A DNA stretch of 64,000 nt. Origin: Tubiluchus corallicola (taxonomy: Eukaryota > Animalia > Priapulida). The stretch lies in contig JAQGDQ010000038.1 in the NCBI GenBank assembly GCA_030141605.1, forward strand, positions 434,001-498,000, read 5' to 3'. Below, piece by piece: positions 40,635 through 52,300 of this stretch; the stretch's first letter is position 1, and every line of letters starts with the position of its first letter. Below the pieces are notes generated by a model, which did no database searches, was not told the origin of the DNA, and saw nothing but the letters and a program-made list of their open reading frames with translations. Made by a program: the position numbers and the translations under genes.

Positions 40635-43268
40635 GTGATATAGCTGCTTTTGTTGTCCTCTTATTTGCCTTGTTCTGTGCAGTACAGTGCAACATGTAGG
40701 ATTTTGAGCAGACCTAATTAACTCATTAATTTGTATGCATTGAATCTGATTCTAGAATACCATCTTGAAATGTATACCCATTAATACTAATGTTATACTT
40801 GAGAAGGTTCCATTAAATTTAAAGAAAAATGCTTTCTGTTTCATTTAAATATTTTGTGTGCAGCAGTTAGTTTGTAGATAAAAGATGATCTTCAGTGAAA
40901 TTGTGTCTTTATTAGTAAATCGTAATATTGCTTGTTAGCCTTTCATTTATGTTTTTTGTTATGTTGAATGCCAAACTACGTTTAAAAGTTTTGAAATTCT
41001 TAATAAATTGCTTTTTGTGTTAATTTAAATCCTTTTAGGAACTGCACGTTGAATTCTCTTTGTATTTTAATTACATCATTTTTCAAATATAGAAAATGTA
41101 ATTATCGCATTACAGCAGTACTGAAATGCATATATTAATGAATGATATGTACTTTAGCTTATTACCAAAATATATGTGTAATTATTGTTCATGAGTTGAG
41201 ACTGTTGTTTTGCTTATTGTTGTGCATTATTACATGAATTAGAAGTTTAACAGAGCTAGCTAAGATTGCTGTCTTTCTAATAAGTATTTCTGTATATTTT
41301 AGATCTTCAATAACTTGAAAATAATTCTTAATGACAAGACAATTGTGCTGAAAAGTCTAAAATATTATGTTTTTTCCTTCAATTTCTTTGGTGTATGATT
41401 TTGCATTGGATAGAGTTATAACGTCCAACCAGCGCAACTTGTATTTTTTCCTGTTGTGCTCTAAAAATACCAGGGATGGTAGATTTAATCATATAAGGTT
41501 TGCATTTATTATAGAGCTTTCTAAGTGTTTCTGAATTGCCTAATTATGAAATATAGGTAAGTTTTTACTCACAAGTAATGGATGCTTCATGTTGTGACGT
41601 TTTTTGTTTTCTTTGACTCATCTTGGTTAATACGTAATGAATGCACCTGAGTTCCCATTAGTGAAGCTAATTTGTGCAAAATTATGGTACTCAAAGATAT
41701 TTCCTGAATTTTGAGAGCACGGTTGGTATATTAGTTATCACCATTGCTATTTAATGCATGATTGAGAGGACAGCACTATGTATGTAGTCATGAAAAAAGT
41801 TTTCATAACATGGCTATGATTTGAATCAACATCCTGACAGTTTATGCAAGCAATTATCTGTGTGAGATGGTGCGTGTGTGCATGTGTGCTTGCATGTGAG
41901 AGGAAAGTGAGATGATTTGCTGTTTTTTTTAAATTAAATTAATTAAATTTAAACATAGACATGTTTCTAAATTACTTCAATTTTTTGTTGCACTTGTTAC
42001 AAAAGCTGTGAAGTAGAATAATTTCTACAGGCTTTTTGATACACATCATAAGGTAGAATGCCTTTAAGTGGTTATATATTTAAGTGGCAAACTTTAAAAG
42101 TGGTTATATATTATATATTAACTAACAGCAGTATTATAATTTGGAAAAAAACACATATCTTGATGCTTTGCCTTCATGTACTAATATCCTTGCTTACTAC
42201 AGTGTTACATTTACAAAATTGGTTTTTTCTGTGTAAAACATCAGCACAACTATTTTTGTTTTTGCTTTTTGTGTACAAGATGGACACAAAAAGTTCTTCT
42301 TAAAATGGTATAGAAACGAGAATTTTTATCCAATTTAAATAGGGTAAACTAGTAATATATTGGCGATTACGCATTCATTTTTGCTAAAAAAAATCCCAAA
42401 AACTAGCATTCTATGCTTAATATTGTCATCAAGTCCATAAAAATGAAGGAAAACTAAATATTAGTATAATTGTATTAACTTTATGGATAGATTGCTAAGG
42501 AAAACTGATGTAACTGGGACATATGAGAGAAGAAAAGAATTTAGACATCTGAAAAAATAAAATAAATGGGTAAAGCAGTAAAATGAATGTAAAAATGAAA
42601 TTGTTCATAGAGACAAAACAATCATAAATTTTTTTTAGTTTTCTAGTTTCTTTCACAGGAGAAATTGGCTTTTGCACTCTTTATTATGCATCTCAGCATT
42701 TTGCTCAATCTCATTTGAATGCCTAATTTCTGATGCATCTCTCAAGCAGAATCTCAATAATTCTGCTATTTCTTTTTTCTTAGATGAACACAAAGTTGAA
42801 AGTTTTTAGTTTTTAAATCCTTTACTAGTAATAGCTTGTTTTGCACCATGTTTTGTAAAAATTCTGGCTTCTTTTTTATTTCTGTCTCGAATTGATACTT
42901 CAATCTCTAATTTGATCCCTGCTGGAGAGGAAGTTATGACAGGATTCTGTCACTTGTCTTTTAAGTCTGACTTGCCTTCTGCATGGCCAGCTAATGTTTT
43001 CTAACATTGTTTAGAATCACTTATCTAAAAACAACTAAATTTTGTTATTTTGATCGCCTGACTACTTAGTATAAATTGTTTTTTTTTGCTTAAGTTTACT
43101 GCATAGCAAGCACCATATAGCAGTGAGTTTGTTCATCATACAAAATAACAACACCCGATCTCCAAATCTTCCCAAAACGTAAAGTAAAAATACTAAGTAA
43201 CATACGTCGTTAATAAAATTTTGTATATTTCAGGTCTTAATCAAAAATTTCTGACAATTTCAGCGAAA

Positions 43269-43302
43269 ATGTCTGACAAATACTTCACAACTAACAAGAA
43301 AG
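43269..43302 (+). CDS. AP2B1: Beta-adaptin alternative first coding exon A ([12 protein letters not shown])
   Basis: Acceptor TTTCAG ending 43233 (or 43263), AAAATG start context, donor GTACAG at 43303, phase 1. Confidence 0.8.
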
Positions 43303-46300
43303 GTACAGTCTTATGTTAAGACTGAATGTATGTTGCAAACTATTATCATGTATGTTTGTGTGTGTTTCATTGTCTCTATCCTTGCTGCTTTAGTGTCTCT
43401 TGGGACTCTGCAATTCTTTTCTACATCATCTGTTAAACTGTGACCTCTCACACAGATGGCCGATTCCAAGAAGTACTTTACTACGAATAAGAAAGGTATT
43501 ATAGATGCTAAAGTATCTATGCTTGACAAGTAGAAACTTGGATGTTGCTGCACTTTGCATGGCTTCTTTTAATACTACCTGCTCTGCTGATGTGCAACTA
43601 ATAAACATTATAATATTGTTATTATACCGTAATCTATTATATAGCAAGCAGAACAGGTATCTTTGTAAGTTTTTCTTTGCCTTCATTTACGTAAAGATAC
43701 TAAACATATAGCACACAAGTTGTCACTTTTTTGCTGCCCACAAAACTGTAAGGTCATTTCACAAAACATATACCTTGTTTACCTTTGTGCCTTACTTTAT
43801 CTTAATCCTTCTGTAGCCATGCACAATCTGTGCAGAGCTGAATTATAAATTCTTCACTGTGGCATTGTTCCTAATTCTGTCATTTAATTAGCAGAAAATT
43901 TCTCTCCTAAAAATCATCCTAAAATCCTAAGTGTGAATATGTAGCACTTTTCTTTCAATTTTTGTAATTAAAATAAAATATGAATGCGATGACAGATACA
44001 AGTAAAGGTATTTTATTCCCATAAAGTAGTTTTCATTCTCCATGGCTACTTCACAATAGTATAAATTTTTTGAACTATTTTTGAAATTTTTCAATTTTAA
44101 ATGCAACTGCTAATAAACTTACAATACAATGAAAATTTTAATTAAGACAAATCTTTTGATACTAAAAGTTGTATAAAATAGAGGAAAACTTTTTTCATTA
44201 AATAAATTTCAAATTGCAGTAAAACAAATAAAAGACCAGTAAAGATAAAATATTAGCGATAAGCTACATTAAAAATACATATTTATAAAAGTATTGGCTG
44301 CTCTTTTTGTTTTCAATTTAGGTTTAGAAAACATGCATTTGTATAGTTTGGAAAACGGTCGTTTGTTCTAAAAAATTTCTGTGCAACCTATCTGTATAAG
44401 TGACAATAGGTGTAATGCACATGATACCCATGCACTATTATGCACTAAATTATTCTCATCTGAATGCTCGTTTGTTGAGTGAATGTCATTGTAAAAGTGT
44501 AAATTGAGCTCTTTTGATCATTTATACTGTCTTTGTGGCAACATTCCCAAAAATTTTGCTTCCGGTAGATTGAATTGTCAAGCATGATACTTTGAATAAG
44601 CAGGTTGCAGTTTGTTTAGCATGCATTATACTTCAGCTTGATGCTTTGGAATGTTCGGAATTTTCCATCTCTAAATATTCAAAAAGTTAACTAGTTTTTT
44701 CCTAAACTGTGAAAACTGTGTCACGTCTTTTCCTTACTTATCTGTCTTGACGAACATGGAGCTGGGTTTTTTCAGTGTAGTCTGGGTAGTGTAATGATAA
44801 CAACTAATGTCCTGGTTTGACTTCTTCCTGTTCATTAGCACTTTACTCTTTCTTGTCTGGCGATTTTCATTTGTTTAATCGATCTGTCTGGTGCTGGTGT
44901 TTGTTGCATTAGTTTTAACTAGAGTTTTACTAAGAACATTCAGCTAGATCGTATGTGTTATAATAATGATAACATGAAGTAGCTGAACTAACTATATTAT
45001 TTAGCAGATGTGTCATACTGGTTCGTTAGTTTTATTGTAGATTTACCAGTTATATAGTGTTCCTTTTGTTGCATTATTCTGCATTTGGAGTAATTTAGCA
45101 AGAATTATTGCAGGCACCCACAACTGCTGACAACACTGTCACTTCATGTTTAATATTACGTTGATGTTATGAGAAATGTTAAGAGAGAATCTATAAAGTT
45201 TTGATAATATGAGTCAGCCTAATTAGTGGTTTGGTACAAGACACATAGAAACGAGTTTCAAGTATTGTTCAGTTTATTGCCTACCTTCCACCTGAATGTG
45301 GAAACTTTGAAATATTTTGGTGCCTACATTGGGGCTGTAGGTTTTTTTCAGGAAATTAACTGGAATTTAATAAAATACTAGTCTCATACCTCAGGATAAT
45401 TACCATGCAGTGAAATAAATTCTACATTGAATTCGAACTCGTCATGTCTTAATCGTGGCTGACTTCTGGTGGCTAAACTTAAATGATGTTTCTTTTTTAT
45501 TGTCTTTTGCATGCTACTTTTGACATACAGTGTGTTACACTTTCAGGAGAAATATTTGAACTGAAAGGAGAGTTGAACAGCGAGAAAAAGGAGAAGAAAA
45601 AAGAAGCAGTTAAGAAAGTGATTGCGTCTATGACAGTCGGAAAGGATGTCAGGTTTGTGCAAATTCAACAAAAATTAGCTATGCAAAAGAGATGCCTTGT
45701 TGAAATTATTTGATTAAAAAACAAGGCTGTTAAGCTGCAAAGTTAAATTTTTAGCTGACTTTTACATGCAGAATTATTTTGATCACATTATATAGCTTGT
45801 GTGTGACTCTTGTGTGTGAGTGAGTTGGATAGTTTAATCAAAAATTGAACTGCGATATAAAATATAACATTAAACATGTTTTTTATTTATATTATTTAAG
45901 AGTAAGAGTAAGAATTTATTTTTTGCTTGGTCACTTTAAAATAGTTACATACGACTATTGTTTTCCTAAAGGCCTAAGATATTAGTTACAATAAAAATTT
46001 GAAAAGTAAGACAATAAATTCAATAGCTGTTACAAAATAGGTACAAAATACAAAATATACATCATTTATTAGTTGAAAATTTGGCTGTAACTATTGTGTG
46101 CAGGTTTTATGTGCCTGCATTCATATACGCCAGCCATATAATAATGCTTCACATGTGGAAACCTTCAGAATTTTAAGTTTTGACTCTTTTTAGCAAGCTG
46201 AATTTTCACATACATGTTTCAACTTCAGTTAAAATGTGTTTATGTGAATCCACATTTATTTGCTGAGTGCTTTTTTACGTGTTTATTCTTTATCTCCAGG

Positions 46301-49300
46301 TTCGTTTAGTGATAATCAACTGTTAAGTTTGTTAAGGCTCTCATAACTGACAAGCCACTGATAATTAATAGAAGATATTTTTTGGAGATTTCTGCTGACT
46401 CGAGTCTACTTATTAATTTTCTTCAGTGCTTTGTTTCCCGATGTGGTTAACTGCATGCAAACAGACAATCTGGAATTGAAGAAACTTGTTTATTTGTACT
46501 TGATGAACTATGCTAAAAGTCAACCTGACATGGCTATCATGGCCGTCAATACATTCGTGAAGGTAAACATTTTTACATAATGCATTTTCATCATCATGCC
46601 CAATATGTCAGTTCAACTTAATTTATTGCCAGTGATTCTCTATAATAAATTCTAATATTGTTTCATATCTGTTTTGTTGGTAATTGTTTTATTATATTAA
46701 TTATTTTTGTTAACTGGCTGTTCTACTGTGTGCCAACTGTTCGTGTTGACATTCATATACGCCAGCCAAATAGTAACTTCAGACTGGTAGTGGCTTAGCT
46801 TCGAACTGAGGGTTTTTTTGTAAATCCTTAGTGATCTGGTATGAAACATTTTTTTGGAAAAATGCTGCTTAAATTCACTTACTTTAATTCAAGTTATTTG
46901 TAGATAATTGTTTATTATGAAGTCAAAAGTACTGCAATGGAAAACTCAGAGTGTGCGTGAATGCATCATAATTTTGAAGAAATGATATTTACCTACATTT
47001 TGAGTTTTAAAATAAATCTGGTTGTAAAGACTAAATTTAATCAGCATTAAGCTTTTCACAAAGCCTTTAATTTGCTATGTTTTCTGACTGGGATAATATT
47101 TTGGCACATTGTTCACAAGTACTTATTGATTATTATTCATTTTAAGGCAGATCTGCTTGTTTAGCGAAATGCATTTGTTGTGCATTATTACTTGCAGGAT
47201 TGTGAAGATCCAAATCCTCTCATTAGAGCTCTTGCAGTAAGGACCATGGGCTGTATACGAGTTGACAAAATTACAGAATATCTGTGTGAACCGCTGCGAA
47301 AATGTCTAAAGGACGAAGATCCTTATGTATGTGCATAAGAGTTTATAAAATAATTACTTTTGATTTGTTTTCTAATGAACAAATTGAATGAACCACATTT
47401 TTTAAAATAGCGTTTCGTTATTATGAGCAATTAGGTATTTCTGTATTTTTATGTGCTTCTTGGAATCACTTCTTATCTGAAAAAGAAAGTCATTTTTGCT
47501 AACCATTAAAGATACGGAAAATTTTTTAACAGGTGAGAAAGACTGCAGCCGTTTGTGTTGCTAAACTGTATGACATTAATGCCCAGCTTGTGGAGGATCA
47601 AGGATTCTTGGATATGCTAAAAGATCTCCTCTCAGACTCTAACCCAATGGTATGCATATTGCTTTTCACGTTCTAGAATTTAGACAGTTAGCGTATGTTG
47701 TACTTGTGTATTTTTCAAGTGAAGCTTTTGTTTTAGGAGATATCTTTACGTTTGTAGCATTGAATAATTTGTTTTCTTTGCGTAGGTTGTTGCTAATGCT
47801 GTAGCTTCGCTGTCAGAAATCAATGAAGCTTCTGGACATCAAGTCATTGATATGAATTCCCAAACAATCAACAAACTTCTCACTGCACTCAATGAATGCA
47901 CAGAGTAAGTTAATAATACTTGTTGAGTCAGTCAGTTAGTAATCTTTCTTACTGCTCTATTACATACCTGAAGAATATTCAGTAAGAAGAATTTCAATAA
48001 AAAAAATAAGATACAGTGCAATATTGTCTATGCTAGATTAAGTTTTTTTTCTTCATTTTTTTGTTTTTGTTTTTTTTTTGTTCACTGGTTTTCATAGTTT
48101 TAATATTAAGATGACTATAATAGTAACTGATACTAATTCTAATAATCAGATGGGGCCAGGTTTTCATTCTTGATTTTCTGGCGAATTACGTGCCGAAAGA
48201 TGACCGAGAAGCTCAGAGCGTTTGTGAGAGAGTTACGCCTCGGCTTGCCCATGCCAATGCAGCAGTGGTTCTATCAGCAGTTAAGGTATAACTAAACTGT
48301 TTCTTAATTATGTCAAATGAAATAAAATCAGTAAAGAAATTGTTTTAAAATTTCACAAGCTTCTTCTGAAATTTGGCGCAAAAAGCATGTTTTTGGGCAA
48401 TATTATTCTAGAATTATGCATAGTTATAGACTGAAGTGTGTTTTAGTAAATGTACTTGAATACAAAATTATAAAATTCATTTTTACTGTTTTTTTCCACG
48501 CCTTAAACTAAACCAAGCATTATGTTTTGGATGTTTAACTAATTCTTACATCTAATTTATTCAAATGTTTAAGTTAAAGTTACTTAACTTTTAATTATAC
48601 GCGATATTTTGATGTTTTATGTATTATCCTTGAAGAACAAATTTGAGCTGTGGAAAACTTTAAAAAAGTGACATAAGCTGCATTAAGGTGAATAGTAACA
48701 TTGGTGAGCTATCAATATTTTGTTGTCTTAACGCTATAACATTCCACTGCACAAAATGTGTTTTTTTTTAAACAGGTTCTAATGAAACTTATGGAGATGA
48801 TGGCTTCAGAGTCTGAATATGTCACAACGCTGACTAAGAAGCTTGCTCCGCCTCTAGTAACTATGTTGTCTTCTGAACCTGAGGTCCAATACGTTGCACT
48901 TCGCAACATTAACTTGATTGTGCAGAAACGGTACATAAATTTGATTTGACCACCTTTTTCTTTCACTAGTGTAAAATTAGAAATTCCTTTATGTTAGTCA
49001 TTTGCCTGCAGGCTTGGATGCCTTGTGCATTCTTTTTATTAATGCTATAAAATTTTTACACTTGCTAATTGGAACTTCTTTGCATTACTTTGCTTAATTG
49101 TTTGTTCATATTTTAACGTGACATTATTCTTTACTCGATTACCTTTTTTTCGAACTGAATAATCTTGTTGTTTCAGGCCTGACATTTTGAAACATGAAAT
49201 GAAAGTGTTCTTTGTCAAGTATAATGATCCTATATATGTTAAGCTTGAGAAGCTTGATATAATGATACGATTGGCAACCCAAGCTAACATAGCACAGGTT

Positions 49301-52300
49301 CTTGCTGAACTAAAAGAGTAAGTTTTGATTTAATGTTTTTCTTACTTTTTATTATATTTTCTCCGTGTAAAATGAAACCAGAGAGTAGATAAGTTTATGT
49401 AACCATGGGATATTTGAAAATGGTTGTTGGTTATTGCAACTAGTATTTTATGGCATGTGTGTGGCTGATCCAGTAATAATAAAAAAGTATTTTTCTGAGC
49501 TTTTCGCTACTTTTTAGGTATGCTACTGAGGTGGATGTAGATTTTGTGCGCAAGTCTGTAAGAGCCATCGGTCGCTGTGCCATCAAAGTTGAACAGTCGG
49601 CTGAGAGATGTGTCAGCACTCTATTAGATCTTATTCAAACCAAGGTTAATTATGTTGTACAGGAAGCAGTTGTTGTCATTAAGGTAACAATTCTAGCATT
49701 AGCTTGTAATAGTTGTAGCAGAAGAATGTTTTGCAGTGCCTTGAATATTTTTGCTTAGTTAACATTAGCAATGTTAAACTGAAGTTTTTCAACTATCTCT
49801 TGTATGTAATTTCTTGTTAAAAGATTTGTAAAAACAGTTAATTGCATATCTTTGTGCATATGATTCTGACGTTAAATATCTATGCTTTTCGGGGAGTAGA
49901 ACTGCACTCGATTGGAACGGCTTAATGATCGAGAAATAAAGTTTCAAATGAACCACATTTCATTGTTTGGTTATTACTTGAATTAAATCTATTTAATATT
50001 TATTTTTGACAGGATATATTCAGGAAGTATCCAAATAAGTATGAAAGCATCATTTCCACTCTTTGTGAAAACTTAGATACTTTGGATGAACCTGAGGCAA
50101 GGTGAGATGTCTTTCTTTTTTCTTTTAAAATCTCACTCTTGGTTTGCAACTGTTCAAAAAATAAGTTGAAATTACAAGAGTAATATTTAAAAACAAGTGT
50201 TTTTCTCTGTTACAATGTAAAGTGGACTAGTTATTGTGAAAGTCAATGTAAGATGGACATTGTAAAGCAAATTCTGACCATTAACATCACTTTCCTGCTT
50301 TTGCATTTTGAGAGAGCTAGCACTGCATTTTCTAAAGATCAAAGAGAACTCTTTGATGACTGTAAGATGATTGCTTCAAATTGTTTCATAGATTAGTTAA
50401 TTACAGAATAAAATTATATTTCTTATGTATCAGCTAAAACATAAATATGACTGAGCGCAAAGTTTCACAGTAAAAGTATTATTTTGATAGAGTGATTGGA
50501 AGTATTGATGGGTCGTGACAAAATTTTGTTTTCAAATTTGCTAATGAGTAACTTTGATTAAAATGTGTTAATTTCACATTTGTTGGTAATAATTTAAGGT
50601 TTAAAGAGTGTGTTCTGGTCTCGAATTTAAGAGAGTAATGCTCAGCTCTCCAGGTATTCTAAGCAAGTTTCTGCATTAGAGCTTGTACTAACGTATGGTG
50701 TTATAATATTGCAGCTGATAACTGTGAAGGCAGTGCTTTTCTGTATTATGGGTTTCACCAAATCTGTCTTTCTTCAGAGCTTCAATGATATGGATTATCG
50801 GAGAGTATGCAGAGCGGATTGACAATGCGGACGAGTTGCTAGAAAGTTTCTTGGAGGGATTTCACGATGAAAACACGCAGGTTCAGCTTGCTCTACTAAC
50901 AGCTATCGTGAAACTGTTTCTTAAGCGACCAACTGATACACAGGAACTTGTGCAGCAGGTGCTAAGCTTAGCTACACAGGTGAGACAATACTCACTTAAA
51001 TTACAGATGGTGTCTGTTTTTGGTTTTCAATGTCTACCTATGTAATTTTCATGTGTTTACATTACCTGGCATATTTAGATATTTTATTAGCATAATAGTA
51101 GACCCATGCTGAACTGAAATGTTTCAGTTTGGGGGGAGTAATTTTATGCAAAATGATAACGCTTATGCGTACGTAAATTCCAAGATATATTCTTGGTTTA
51201 GTTTTGCATATGCTACATTTCATTTCAAAAATTTTTCTTATTCACTGTTGCTTTGCAAAGAACTAGCCATCCTTTGATAAACTGAAAACTAACACGCACT
51301 TTGTTTATATAGAAATTTTGATTTCCAGTAACCGGTGATATTGTATATAGTTAACTTACTCTTTGTTGATAATTGCAAATGTATTTTACCAGGAGAGTGA
51401 TAATCCTGATTTACGCGATCGTGGCTACATCTATTGGCGATTGCTTTCTACTGATCCAGCTGCTGCAAAAGAGGTTGTGTTAGCAGAGAAGCCCTTGATT
51501 TCAGAGGAAACAGATCTGTTAGAACCTACGCTGTTAGATGAACTTATTTGCAACATAGCATCCCTGGCTTCTGTTTATCATAAACCACCAAATGCTTTCG
51601 TGGAAGGGATGCGGGGAAGCAGAAAAGCTTTACCTCCTCGGTATGTATTCCCTAAAATAAATCATATTTTCCTCATCGTTAATTTTCTAGAAATTAATTA
51701 TTCCATGTTGATAATGCAGTTTTGCAATAGCATTTCTGCATATGGGAATATTATTGCCAAAGTAATTTTCAAATAAGATGCAGTTGATTACTTTTTTTGT
51801 TGACTGGTAGTACAACCTTCCTAGACAAAGCAATTTAGCTGGTTTTTTAAGCAAACTTTGTGGAGCTTTTTGTATAGTGGCGATCTATTGCTAGGCAGCA
51901 TGTATTTGGCAATCATGTTATTTTGTCATAGCTGTGTATTTTTGTGTAATGCTTTCATGGCAAGATCTAACGAGCATTTCTGATGCAAATTTTTTTGCAG
52001 TTTATGAAACTGACCTTTTTCAGTTTTATAACTTAACTTTACTCCATACAAGCCATTTTGCACTTTTACCTGAGAATGACTTGTGAACTATTAACGATTA
52101 CATAGTTATTAATTCCTCAACAGTGCTGCTCACCATTAACAGCATCATCTTTTAGTACATCTATTTTAACTTTCCATTTTTTCAAATTGCAACCTGTGAT
52201 ATAACTCTGCTCTTCATTTAATTCTTTAGACAAATTGTAATAATTTACTTCTTGTTTCGACAACTACCTCTTCATTGATAATTTTGAAAATCATGATTGT

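Noticed and set aside
50350-50456. TGATGA...CTGA pair suggestive of a C/D snoRNA
   Set aside because: No terminal stem or recognisable rRNA antisense element; expected by chance in AT-rich DNA.
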